Assembly (NCBI GenBank): GCA_963726375.1
Contig: CAVSCE010000009.1
Span: 546,492-610,491, forward strand
Direction of reading: 5' to 3'
DNA: 64,000 nucleotides
DNA from: an uncultured Chloroflexia bacterium
GTDB lineage: Bacteria; Chloroflexota; Anaerolineae; Anaerolineales; UBA4823
Part shown: positions 31,041 to 42,001 of the stretch, piece by piece
Layout: the number at the start of each line of letters is the position of its first letter
Numbering within the stretch: position 1 is the stretch's first letter
Notes under the pieces: generated by a model
The model's database searches: none
The model's input: the letters and a program-made list of their open reading frames with translations, nothing else
Told to the model about the DNA's origin: nothing
Made by a program: the position numbers and the translations under genes

Positions 31041-31069
31041 TTGACAAAAATATTTTGACATGCTATACT
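31041..31069 (+). promoter_or_regulatory. sigma70-type promoter of the SufR-like regulator
   Basis: TTGACA (31041-31046), a 17 nt spacer, then TATACT (31064-31069), about 47 nt upstream of the ATG at 31116. The inverted repeat TCAATAAT-N19-ATTATTGA (31010-31044) overlaps the -35 element. Confidence 0.6.
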
Positions 31070-31115
31070 CACATCGATCGATGGCAAGTTTTTCCCTTCA
31101 TACAGGACAAGCATA

Positions 31116-31782
31116 ATGGTAGAAGAAAACGAGTATAAAACATCAAGAGATAGAGTATTACAGACATTGCTAGCACGAGAGAACTGCACGATCAACGAGC
31201 TGGCAGAAGCTGTCGATCTCAATCCAATTTCCATTCGTCACCATATCGTTAAGCTTGAAGCAGAAGGATTGGTCAAATCGGAAGAAGAACGGCATGGTGT
31301 TGGTCGGCCGCGCAGAACCTATTCACTCACCGAAAGAGGGCACGAACAATTTCCGACCCGTTATATCCGGTTGACGCTGCGGTTGCTTGAACAATTGAAG
31401 GAGAATGCAACACCTGCATTTATTCATACACTCTTCACCCAGATGGCGGAGGCGATGGCTTCCTCTTACCAGCACGAAGTTCAGGATCTTTCTATCGAGA
31501 AGCGATTGATCATCGTCCATCGTCTGCTTGCATTAGAAGGATTTCATGTGGAAATCGAGAAAGATGGCAGTAATTATTTGATCCGAAGAATCTAGCTGTC
31601 CTTATTTTCATATTGGTCAAACCCATCCCGAAGTCTGTTCCGTGGATCAAACTCTAATTTCTATTCTTCTCAATATCCCGGCTCAGAAAATCCAATGCTT
31701 GCTGCATGGTGATTCGGTTTGTACATATGTAATCCCAAGCAATCTCATCCCAGAATCTGAGCTTACTACCTTTGGTTTATGA
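31116..31782 (+). CDS. SufR-like winged-helix (ArsR/DeoR-type) regulator with a C-terminal four-Cys region, frameshifted near 31585
   Basis: The HTH is INELAEAVDLNPISIRHHIVKLEAEGLV..GVGRPRRTYSLTERG. After the shift the sequence reads SSCPYFHIGQTHPEVCSVDQ...KIQCLLHGDSVCTYV. It is divergent from sufC. Confidence 0.65.
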
Positions 31783-31820
31783 CCCAATGAATTTCTCTTA
31801 TTGACAGGAGCGAACCTTGA

Positions 31821-32177
31821 ATGACAGAAAACGAGAATAATCCAACTTCAAACCCGGCGGTTTGGGAACTTGAAAAAACTCATCCCGAGATTGTGGCGGG
31901 CGTCAAAGAAAAAATGCGCGAAGTTGTTGATCCTGAAATTGGTCTTGACATCGTTGCATTAGGCTTAATTCGCAATATCAGGATCGACGAAGGCGGCGTG
32001 AACCTGAGCATGATTTTAACTACACCATTCTGTCCGTATGGTCCAGCGATGATCGAAATGACAAAGCAAAAAGCCGAAGAAGCATTTGAATTGCCAGTCC
32101 GAATTGAGCTGGGGCTCGAGATGTGGGATTTTTCTATGATGGAGGAAGGTGCTATGCCTGAGTGGGGTATGTGGTAA
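31821..32177 (+). CDS. DUF59 (SufT/PaaD-like) Fe-S assembly factor
   Basis: VDPEIGLDIVALGLIRNI...LTTPFCPYGPAM is the DUF59 signature with its conserved Cys. Confidence 0.8.
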   Translation: MTENENNPTSNPAVWELEKTHPEIVAGVKEKMREVVDPEIGLDIVALGLIRNIRIDEGGVNLSMILTTPFCPYGPAMIEMTKQKAEEAFELPVRIELGLEMWDFSMMEEGAMPEWGMW

Positions 32178-32370
32178 TTGCTGGGGGAAATTTACTACTA
32201 GCTTTCAAATTCGTAAGCCTTCATTTCTTATAACCGAAAGCCATACAGCCTTCGGTAAAATCTCTTCATTCCTATCGTATTTTGGAATCACTTGCTGGTT
32301 TCAAATCTGACTGCACATGTCTTGATTAGTTATCTATCCTGACTTTTAAACAAAACTGTAAAGGATATCT

Positions 32371-34195
32371 TTGCAAAATGAGACCAATGCGACTAGTAAG
32401 AATTTAACCTGCGAGGAAGCATTGAAATATTTAATTTCTTTCTTGCTGAAATTTGAAATTCTTCTAAGTATCTCGCTTTTGGTGATCGGCGACATTGATC
32501 CGATTTCTGCACACCAGCCAACGATACCTGTATATCAAAATGCTCCTGGTAAGACAAATATTGATCTTTTCTTGCCAATCATCCAAAATCCTGGAAATCT
32601 ATTTATTGGCGAGATAGAATTATCACAGGCGATCCAGAACCTGACTGCACCCGTGGAACTTGTAGCCGGACGTCCGACGGTCTTACGAATTTATGCCCGA
32701 TCAAATACCAGCGTACAGCAAACTGGTGTTACGGCATCCGTCAGGGCATTTCGGAATAATACCTTGATCGGACAGCTATCAATATCGAATGGTCGAGCTT
32801 TTCCACTTTCCATACCTCTAGAGTCTATGCAAGCCGACAAGGCAAAAAGTATTGTTCTGCTACTTCCATCATCCTGGATTACTGAAGGTTCAATAAACTT
32901 GCAGATCCAGCTCACTGGACCATCGACATCTCTTGTCTATTCTTATTTCGCTGTGTTTCATAATGTTCCAGCTTTGAATGTTGTCGCTGTGCCAATTCGG
33001 CTAAACGGTGAATATGGACCTGCGGATACAACTTTTGTTCAAGATGCACTTTTTCGGATGTATCCTGTGCCATCGGTAACAGTCCAGAACCACATGGCAT
33101 ATTCATTCAACGGTAATCTCAACAATTATGCAAATGGGGATTGGCAGCGGCTGCTTGATGAAGTAACCGCTTTGAGAGATACAGAAGCAGGTGAGAATGC
33201 AAAGACTGTTTATTACGGGGTAATTCCTCTGAAAGATAGTGATGGTTTCACATGGTTTTCTAGCGATGGGCGGTGTTGTGGGATTGGGATGGTTAGGCTA
33301 TAGGGCTTCTATCGGAATTTCAAATGATGCATTTCGATTTCCAGGCATCAATGGTGATTACAAGCTGCCTGCTGCTGATACCGCTGCCCATGAGATTGGT
33401 CATAATTTTGGGCGTTTTCATACTACAGGGTGCGGAGCAACCAATATTGATGAAGGATTTCCATACCCGAATGGGATCATTGGTCAATATGGATTTCAGT
33501 ACAGCAGCCAGACGGTCATCCCATCATCTGCAAACGATATCATGAACTATTGTTCAAATCAATGGATCTCAGATTATACATACAATGCCCTGATCCAAGA
33601 TCAGCTTGTTACATTTCCTTCCTTAAATTCACAAATTCGACAAATGATTTATATCCGTGGCAGATTTGAATCAGATAATTCGTTTACATTTCAGCCCTTT
33701 TACGAATTCGAAACCGCCTTCGACTTTTCTGATGAAAGAGGTTTATATTCCATTAGATTTATCGGTGAAAATGGTGGTGTACTAGCTGAGCACCCGGTGA
33801 GTGTCCAAGTCGCACAAGAAAAAGAAATATCATCAAAGAGAATCCATTCAATTCTACCAAAACCAGAAGCTCCTTTTTCGTCAGTTGAATTCTTATTCGA
33901 CCATCAGGTCCTGAGTACTCGCAAAGTTTACGACAATATGCTTCAACCGCAACTGTCTCCGAGACTGGAGATGAAGGATAAGACATTGCTCATCAATTGG
34001 GGAGAAAGCGATGTCCCTGTCCTTTTTCGAATGTCTAAAGACGATGGGGGATCATGGACGACGCTCGCCGTGGATAATATCTTCGGGAATATTGAAATTC
34101 CATTAGCGGATCTTCCATTTGTTCCTATCAAATTCCAGATGATTTCTGGCAGATGGAGGCGGAGAATATTTTCTGGATTGGAGACGTTGAAATAA
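32371..34195 (+). CDS. secreted zinc metalloprotease (M66/reprolysin-like HExxHxxGxxH), frameshifted near 33260
   Basis: The zincin motif AAHEIGHNFGRFH lies in ORF 33239..34195. The hydrophobic N-terminal segment lies in ORF 32371..33303. The start (TTG) is uncertain. Confidence 0.6.
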
Positions 34196-34449
34196 TTAAT
34201 GACCTCTCTTTCAAAGCAATGGTAGTCAACCTCATTTTTATTTTCGTCATCCATTTATTCGAATTCCTGAAATTCAATTTCAAGTCACATATTTGGCAGC
34301 AACAGGATCGAGCCAGCTGGCCCGATCTAGAAATATTCACCTTCAGGCAGGCACATTCATTGCATCAAGCTTCGTGACGGTTGGGTTCACGAATTCTTTT
34401 TTCGCTCAATCTGGTTCTGAAAAATTCAGGTTATAATCTCAGCATTAAT

Positions 34450-35394
34450 ATGGAATCATCACAAGACTCAATTCACAATGAATCTGAAATCGAGCCTGAG
34501 GCTGATCAGTCGGTAGAATCGCCAGAAAAGATTGATAATTCCACCGCGATTAAGAGGAAACAGTTACCTCGAAGATGGGCTATCTTCAATCCGCCTAGAT
34601 CGATCAAACCAGCTCGAAAAGGTTTTCTATTCCAGATGGAATTCATGCTCGGCGTTGCGATCCTTCTTGCAACCCTGTTCACCGCCTGGACGCCTGGACG
34701 AACCAATTCATTGTTTCCGATCCCAACAAAACCAGGAATCCAACAAGCACTGCAGCCGACCCCAACATTTCTCCCTGGACAGCCTACTCCGACGCTTCCA
34801 AACCCTCGTCTGATTGGAATTGTGGCCGGACATTATAAAAACGACGCTGGTGCGGTTTGTTCAGATGGCCTCACGGAAGTCGAAGTCAATCTTAACATCG
34901 CAACCATCGTGCAGAAGATCCTTGTTGATCAAGGATATCAAGTTGAGCTTCTTCAGGAATTCGACAAGCGCTTGACTGGTTATCAGGCAGCTGCCCTTGT
35001 ATCCATTCATAACGATTCATGCGATTTTGTAAACAATGAAGCCACAGGTTATAAAGTAGCCCAGGCTTTTGCAACTCAACATCCAGACCGCACAGCACGA
35101 TTGACCTCCTGTTTGCGTGCCAGATATGGTGAAATCACTGGGTTGCCGCTTCACAGCACAAGTGTGACACAAGATATGACGGGGTACCACGCCTTTGGAG
35201 AGATTTCCGAAGTCACTCCAGCTGCGATTATTGAGACTGGCTTCCTAAATCTGGACCGCACAATTTTGACTCAAGAACCCGACAAAGTCGCAAAAGGAGT
35301 TGCAGCCGGGATACTCTGTTATCTTCGAAACGAGTTGATGAGTTCGCAAAACAACTCTACCCCCGATCCATCTACAAATTCATCGCAGCCATGA
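34450..35394 (+). CDS. N-acetylmuramoyl-L-alanine amidase (Amidase_3)
   Basis: IVAGHYKNDAGAV...EVEVNLNIA...LVSIHNDS...IIETGFLN is the AmiC-type pattern. A TM anchor precedes the domain. Confidence 0.8.
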   Translation: MESSQDSIHNESEIEPEADQSVESPEKIDNSTAIKRKQLPRRWAIFNPPRSIKPARKGFLFQMEFMLGVAILLATLFTAWTPGRTNSLFPIPTKPGIQQALQPTPTFLPGQPTPTLPNPRLIGIVAGHYKNDAGAVCSDGLTEVEVNLNIATIVQKILVDQGYQVELLQEFDKRLTGYQAAALVSIHNDSCDFVNNEATGYKVAQAFATQHPDRTARLTSCLRARYGEITGLPLHSTSVTQDMTGYHAFGEISEVTPAAIIETGFLNLDRTILTQEPDKVAKGVAAGILCYLRNELMSSQNNSTPDPSTNSSQP

Positions 35395-36766
35395 GCCCCC
35401 CTCCTGAGCCGATACACGATTTAGATCATCTTGAAAAGTCTGCGCTGGCACTGCAGAACGCTCGCCAGGCACTTCGAAACGGCGACCGCAGAGCGGCTCG
35501 TCATTATTCTGAACAGGCTGCTGCTTTTGCTCCTGATACTGAGGATCCCTGGCTGCTCTTAGCAGCACTCGCCAGCCCTCGAGCCAGCATTGCATATTTA
35601 GAGCAGGCCCTTCGAGCGAATCCAGCTAGCAAGCGAGCAAAAAAGGGCTTAATCTGGGCAGAAGAACGGCTGCAGTTGAGTGATACCAAGCCACCTGAGC
35701 GAACTCCACCACCAACTCCCGGCAAGCCTGCTGAAATTAATATAGACCATTTTGGTGAAGAAGGGGTCACTTCCAATCGGCTTGTGACTTCTGCTGAAAC
35801 TGCCCCTATACTCAAGCGTCAGGCCATCTCGATACGCACATCATCTTCGGATTCTCGGCGATCATTCTTAACAATTTATTCTTACGGAATCGCAACAATA
35901 TTTCTTTCTCTGACCTTATTTGCCGCGTCCCTGATACCATATTACCCACAAATACGGTCAAGCCTTACAATGGACCAACTTCGTCAATTAACAACATTCT
36001 TTGAGAGATCGGACGAAGAGATTATGCTGAAAGCTGCGTTTAACCTGCCATCTGAATTAAGGCTATTCGCGATCAGCACCAGCGGAACACCAATATCCAG
36101 TCCTGTAATTTCACCATCTCCAACTCCGTCGCCTCCCATTCTAAACCCATCTCCAATCGATTTATCCGTGACGAATACTCCAATCCCATCAGCATCTTAT
36201 ACACCTGAACCTACAGAAATTCCTGACTATACTGATACACCAATTCCAACAGAGACACCCGAAGCAACCTCGACTTCGAATCTGGAACCCACATTACTCC
36301 CATCGGTAACACTCTCGCCGCCATCTTCGACACCACCACCGGCACCTACCCGAAAAGCAAAAAAGAAAGCAAACGCAGGACCTGGTTATCGTCCGGCTAA
36401 AGTATCCTTGGATGACCGCTGGGTAGATGTGGATATTTCCACACCAAACGACCTATGCGATGCAAGGTGATCAGGTCGTTCGCAGCTTTCTAGTCTCCAC
36501 TGGACGCTGGCCAACGGTCACAATTGAAGGTGTTTTTAAAATTTATGTGAAATATCGCCATGCAGATATGACTGGCGATGACTATTTCCTCCCGGATGTC
36601 CCTTATGTTATGTATTTTTTCAAGGGATATGGATTACACGGAACGTACTGGCACAATAATTTTGGTACACCAATGAGTCACGGCTGTGTTAAACCTCGAT
36701 TCCGAAGATGCTGGTTGGTTATACGATTTTGCTTCAGTCGGAACGGTTGTGAGTGTACACCAGTAA
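35391..36766 (+). CDS. TPR / Pro-Thr-Ser-rich linker / L,D-transpeptidase (YkuD) protein, two frameshifts
   Basis: The N-terminus is TPR-like and is followed by a TM helix and a PT-rich linker. The YkuD domain reads FLVSTGRWPTVTIEGVFKI...GLHGTYWHNNFGTPMSHGCV. The shift at about 36690 falls in an AAA run, after which the sequence reads LDSEDAGWLYDFASVGTVVSVHQ*. Confidence 0.7.
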
Positions 36767-36850
36767 TCAAGACACGATTGCGGCTAAAATCATTTTTGTT
36801 TATTAAACCTTGGAATATTTTAGAAAATTTCATTGAGGTATAATCCGGTC

Positions 36851-37273
36851 ATGCCTAAGCATGCCTTATTTCAAGGATTGGTATTCGATGAAAACGACTT
36901 CCCCACCGAAGTCGTTTCCATCGGTGAAGAACCTTGCTATGTTGTAAATGATCAAGGATTTAGAAGACACATACCCAGTGCTCAGGTTGATTCTCAGGTG
37001 CTCGAAGCAATCGCTAAGTCGATTGAAGGTCATGAAGATCTTCTCAGTGAGCAAACTGCAAAGATGATGGGATCAGAAGATCCGTTTTCTGTTGCGCTTA
37101 TCGAATCGCAATTGAAGAACATCAGCCGCCAATTTGATCAAATAATGGAGGCTGGAATTAATGAGGATTTACGAGCGTATCTTGGAATGATGGGTTTTCG
37201 AATCCGAATTAATGTACACGGTGAATTGATCGAATTATCCCAACCCGGGATGATTGCAGACGATGATGAATGA
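36851..37273 (+). CDS. hypothetical protein
   Basis: It is a 140 aa ORF (MPKHALFQGLVFDEND...) with an acidic C-terminus. I recognise no motif. Confidence 0.4.
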   Translation: MPKHALFQGLVFDENDFPTEVVSIGEEPCYVVNDQGFRRHIPSAQVDSQVLEAIAKSIEGHEDLLSEQTAKMMGSEDPFSVALIESQLKNISRQFDQIMEAGINEDLRAYLGMMGFRIRINVHGELIELSQPGMIADDDE

Positions 37274-37283
37274 AGGCTGTAAT

Positions 37284-38160
37284 TCACTGTTGGTTTAAAA
37301 CGGGGAAGTAACACAAACCTGCGGTCCCTGGTCCAGAATGCACCCCCAGTGCTGGTGATAATTCGCAGAAAAGCTCTTCGACAATTTGCATCCGAACATC
37401 AATAAGCTCTTTAATCTTCTGAGTTTCTTGCAATGCTGCCGCATGCACATAGGCAATTTTTATTTTGCCACCCGCTCCCACCGATTTTTCGACTAAATCG
37501 GCCATCATGCTGTATGCTTGCTTCTTGCTGCGCGCAGTACCCAAGGCGACAATTTCCCCGACATCCATCCCAATCAACGGCTTGATATTTAAAATGGAGC
37601 CAATCAAATGCTTTGCGCGTCCAATTCTTCCTCCCAGGTAGAGATATCTCAGCGTATCTGCAGTCTGGATCATCCTGGTGATGGGGATCATCTGTTTCAC
37701 CTGGTCCACGATTTCTGCAAGTGACTTATTCGCCAGGGAAGCTCGTGCGGCTTCGATGGCGATCCAGCCATGGCACATCGAGACGTTTAGGCTATCAATC
37801 ACCTCGATTTTCAAATACGGCAGCATTTCAGATACCATTGCTTTAGCGGCGATTGCCGCCTGATAAGCCCCACTGCCTTTTGAGGTCATGTGGATGCTGA
37901 TAATCTGATCAACTCCTCTCTCTTCTGCCAGCTCCTGGTAAGCTGATACGTAATCCCCTGGACCAGGACTTGCAGTTTTTGGCAGCTCAGTTGCAGTCGG
38001 AAGCCATTTATAAAACGTATCCCGATCAATAGTGACCAGATCTCGACAGCTCCTCATTTCCTCGGTGAATATAATAAGGTACCGTTATAATATTTAAGGA
38101 TTTAAGTAAGTCCTCAGGAATGCAAGTGGTGCTATCAGTCACAACTGCCACTTTGGTCAT
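37284..38160 (-). CDS. DegV family fatty-acid-binding protein, frameshifted near 38050
   Basis: The N-terminus MTKVAVVTDSTTCIPEDLL is in a shifted frame, with its ATG at 38160. The rest is ORF 37284..38057. Confidence 0.75.
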
Positions 38161-38273
38161 TATTAACTCCCATAACCACTTTATCTCTAAAAGTCTACCA
38201 TGATTTCTAATTCATTTGGAAAATTAAATATTTCAGAGGAAGGAATTAACGAATTTCAAAATTGTAATTTATC

Positions 38274-39245
38274 TTATCCCAGTTTTTCAACCTGCGACTT
38301 GATCCAGGGGTAAGTGCGTTCAATACCTGCATATAAATTGAATTTGGACCTCCACCCAAGCGAATAAATCCGTTCATTACTGAAATTTCGTGATTGGACT
38401 CCGACTGGACCTTGAATATGCTCGATTACAATTTTCTTTCCAGCAACATCCGCTACTGTATCTACCAGTTTATCCACAGTAACATATTCTGGGCATCCAA
38501 TATTCACAGCCCCTTCCAGGTCAGATTGCATCAGCAGATAGATCCCATCAATCATGTCATCTATGTAAGTATAGGAACGTATTGCACTGCCATCTCCCCA
38601 AACCTCTATTTGACCGCCATCAGCAGCAATCGCCACTTTTCTGCAGATTGCTGCAGGAGCTTTTTCTCGCCCTCCCGTCCAGGTTCCTTCTGGGCCATAA
38701 CAATTTTGAAATCGTGCAATTCGCACCTTGATGCCACGATTTCGGGCATATGCCATCGCCATTCGTTCCGCATACAACTTTTCCCATCCGTATTCGTTAT
38801 CTGGATTGGCAGGAACAGCCTCGGTTTCGGTCATCTCAGGCTCTCCAGGCTTCATATCCCGATAAACGCATACCGATGATGAGAAGAAGTAACGCGAGAC
38901 ACCAAGATCAGTTGCGGAGTGGATCATGTGGATATTTATCAAGGCACTATTATGCATGATTTCGCATTCAGCTGAATGGATGAATCCCATTCCTCCCATG
39001 TCTGCAGCCAGCTGATAAACTTCATCGAAGTTCCCGTTGTTAAGAGATAACGCTCTCCGACAATTTTCCTCGCTGCGAAGATCTAAAAGCAAAAACTCGT
39101 CAGCTGATTCGGGCGACCATTCATGATGCTTCTGATCTACTCCTCGCACCCAATATCCCTCATTTTTTAACTTCTTGACAAGGTGTCCCCCAATAAAACC
39201 ACCCGATCCACAAACCAGTGCTTTTTTCATCTGCGATTTCTCCAT
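38274..39245 (-). CDS. NAD-dependent epimerase (GDP-mannose 3,5-epimerase-like)
   Basis: The Rossmann motif is VCGSGGFIGGHL. ADEFLLLDLRSEENC resembles the GME pattern DEFHLVDLR..ENC, and the YxxxK is in YGWEKL. Confidence 0.7.
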   Translation of the reverse strand: MEKSQMKKALVCGSGGFIGGHLVKKLKNEGYWVRGVDQKHHEWSPESADEFLLLDLRSEENCRRALSLNNGNFDEVYQLAADMGGMGFIHSAECEIMHNSALINIHMIHSATDLGVSRYFFSSSVCVYRDMKPGEPEMTETEAVPANPDNEYGWEKLYAERMAMAYARNRGIKVRIARFQNCYGPEGTWTGGREKAPAAICRKVAIAADGGQIEVWGDGSAIRSYTYIDDMIDGIYLLMQSDLEGAVNIGCPEYVTVDKLVDTVADVAGKKIVIEHIQGPVGVQSRNFSNERIYSLGWRSKFNLYAGIERTYPWIKSQVEKLG

Positions 39246-39366
39246 TATCCTTGAATGGGATTGCTCCTCAAATTATAAGGGAAAAACCTGCAGGTGACAT
39301 AAGTCATAGAAAATTTGGTTGGTTCTTGATAGAATAATCCGATACTGTTATGGTTATAGGTGAGCG

Positions 39367-40630
39367 ATGAATCCAAAACAATTACTGAATGCTATTGTAG
39401 ATCCTGACGGTAGACTGATTTTGCCAGAAAAGATGATTGAGAAGTATCATCTCGTTCCTGGCACCCAGATCCATATCGAAGAAGGAATCAACGAATTCCA
39501 TGTCCTCCGGCCGATCGAGCAAGTTGCAAAGATTTACATCGAAGTCACAAATATGTGCAATCTCGATTGTGTTACATGCATGCGAAATATTTGGGATGAG
39601 CCTCTGGGCAGGATGAGCCAGGCAACATTTAAAACAATACTAGATGGTATCTCTCAAATTACACCACGCCCAAAGGTTTTTTTTGGAGGCCTGGGTGAAC
39701 CACTGGTTCATTCCAACATCATTGATATGGTGACTGAGGTAAAAAAACTCGGTTCGCATGTGGAGCTCATTACAAATGGTGTCCTCCTTAGCGAAAACAT
39801 GATTGTCCAGCTAACGAAGGCAGGACTAGATATTCTTTGGGTTTCTCTCGATGGAGCTTCACCTGAGAGTTATGAAGACGTTCGAACTCGGTTCCTCCTT
39901 GCCTAAGGTTATTGATAACTTAAAACGGTTGCGTCTCACACGTCATAATCCCGGCTACCAACACTCACCAAAACCAGAATTAGGAATAGCTTTTGTTGCG
40001 ATGAAGCGAAATATCGCTGATCTACCAGAAGTGCTTCGTTTGGGCACTCGTCTGGGAGCAAAACACTTCTCAATCAGTAATGTGCTGCCACACACTGAAG
40101 ACCTCCGTGAAGACACGGTTTTTCGAGGGGTTTATTCTCACCATGATTATTGGCAGAACAATTCGCTCGCAGTGATTAATATGCCTCGAATGGATATCAA
40201 TCAACACACACGGGAAGCATTAAGTGAGATCCAATCCCGGCAGGTTGTTATGCAACTGGCAGGAAAACCGACAAATCGCGCCTTGGATACCTGTCCATTT
40301 ATTGAACAGGGCAGCACTGTTGTTCGATGGGACGGCTCTGTAAGTCCCTGCATCCCTTTACTTCACAGCAGCGGGAATTTCATTGGAAATTACCACCGGC
40401 AGACTCAAGCCCATTCGATAGGAAAACTTGAAAATCGAGGACTGCTTGATTTATGGAATGACAAATCTTATTTGGATTTTCGAGAAAAAGTCCGATTTTT
40501 TGATTTTTCACCCTGTACCAGCTGCACTGGCTGCGACCTGTCTCGCTTGAACGTTGAAGATTGCCTTTCAAGCCCTTTTCCAACTTGCGGTGGTTGTTTG
40601 TATGGGCAAGGCTTAATTCAATGCCCCTGA
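39367..40630 (+). CDS. radical SAM/SPASM protein with an N-terminal AbrB/SpoVT-like domain, frameshifted near 39880
   Basis: The N-terminus DPDGRLILPEKMIEKYHLVPGTQIHIEE follows the swapped-hairpin AbrB-like pattern. The radical SAM motif is CNLDCVTC and GGLGEPL is present. The SPASM-like C-terminus is WDGSVSPC...CTSCTGC...CGGC..C. Confidence 0.75.
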
Positions 40631-40709
40631 AAATTGAGTAAGACGATATCTGGCGATATTCACAGGGGAGATGAAGTAAAACAATTGTCAAAGCATCGTT
40701 TGGAATGGG

Positions 40710-41978
40710 CTAGGTCAGACAAGGTATAGTCTGCGGTCCTTCGGGGATAACACACATCCTCAATCCGCTGCCGTAGGTCGATCGAAATTCATCCAAAATT
40801 CTATGCAAATTATCTACAGGTCGGAATAAAGCATCTCGGATTTGTCGCTCTGTCAATCCATCACTGTACAGATAAACGGTATGTTTCAGGAGAATCTGAG
40901 CTTGGATCTGGACCTGCCATTGATCTGGTGCAGAAAAGCCTGGAGAAGAAAGGATTTCCAGGATTCTTCGCGGAGAACCTGCCTGGCGAAGCAAATCCGC
41001 ATACATTCCATGTTCGGGCAGTCCATCCTCGCATGCGCTGAACATGATGATTGTCCCATTCTCGTGAATTGCTCGCTCGGCTGCACTGATTCCCTTCAGG
41101 GATTGATACAGGTTTTGATCCAATGGATAGCCCCCGTTTGTCGTCAGCACAACATCATAAAGCCTATTTATTGGTACCATCGCACTTTCTCGGACAAAAT
41201 CACATCCTGCTTTGTGGGCTTTAAGCATATCACCAGCAAATATTCCGCTGATGTTCTGTTCGCAGTTTAAGGCAACATTCAATAAGAAAGTGGGTTTAGC
41301 AAGAAGCGCAGCATCAAGCATTTCTTCCCAAATCGGATTTCCGTCGGTCTTCCCCCAGGTTGCATCAGGATGTGCGATCATCGAGAAGCTGTGGTTCGAT
41401 GAAACGCTTTCTTCTCCTGCGATGGAAGGAAGGATACCTTTCGGTCCTCCGCTAAAACCTGCAAAGAAATGGGGCTCGATGAAGCCGGTGAGAATTCGAA
41501 TATCCGCATCTAGATAAACCTTGTTTATTCTGATGGGATTCCCTGACCGGGTCTTACCGATCAACGCAAGATTTTCTTGATCGTGCCAATCGTGCTGGAA
41601 GCAGCGATAATGGTCGACGATATAATCTCCAAGCAAAGCTCGATTTTCCAAGTCAGTCTGTTTGCGGTGGGTTCCGAGGGCATTAAGGAGGGTGATATCC
41701 TCGCGACGAATGCCTGCAAGTTCGATTTCGCGCAGCAATATCGGGAGAATGCGTTTATTCGGTGTAGCTCTTGTAATATCCGTGTGGACAATCACAACGC
41801 GGTTTCCAGGATGAATAAGCGTAGAAAGCGGTTCTGATCCGATTGGGTTGTGAAGTGCGGCTGCTATCGCTGCTGTTTCATTTTTCAATCCTGGAAAATA
41901 TCGGCTTCGAAGAATATCAATATCATCTGGTAAATCCAGGCATAATCCAGTTCGGCCATATTGAAGGTCAACTTTCAT
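40710..41978 (-). CDS. LarA-like (DUF2088) nickel-pincer-dependent 2-hydroxyacid racemase/epimerase homolog
   Basis: The size is 422 aa and the N-terminus is MKVDLQYGRTGLCLDLPD. The overall pattern, including NALGTHR and GFIEPHFFAGFSGGPKG, resembles lactate racemase family members. Confidence 0.7.
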   Translation of the reverse strand: MKVDLQYGRTGLCLDLPDDIDILRSRYFPGLKNETAAIAAALHNPIGSEPLSTLIHPGNRVVIVHTDITRATPNKRILPILLREIELAGIRREDITLLNALGTHRKQTDLENRALLGDYIVDHYRCFQHDWHDQENLALIGKTRSGNPIRINKVYLDADIRILTGFIEPHFFAGFSGGPKGILPSIAGEESVSSNHSFSMIAHPDATWGKTDGNPIWEEMLDAALLAKPTFLLNVALNCEQNISGIFAGDMLKAHKAGCDFVRESAMVPINRLYDVVLTTNGGYPLDQNLYQSLKGISAAERAIHENGTIIMFSACEDGLPEHGMYADLLRQAGSPRRILEILSSPGFSAPDQWQVQIQAQILLKHTVYLYSDGLTERQIRDALFRPVDNLHRILDEFRSTYGSGLRMCVIPEGPQTIPCLT

Positions 41979-42001
41979 AAAATCTCCAGGTTATTATGAA
42001 C

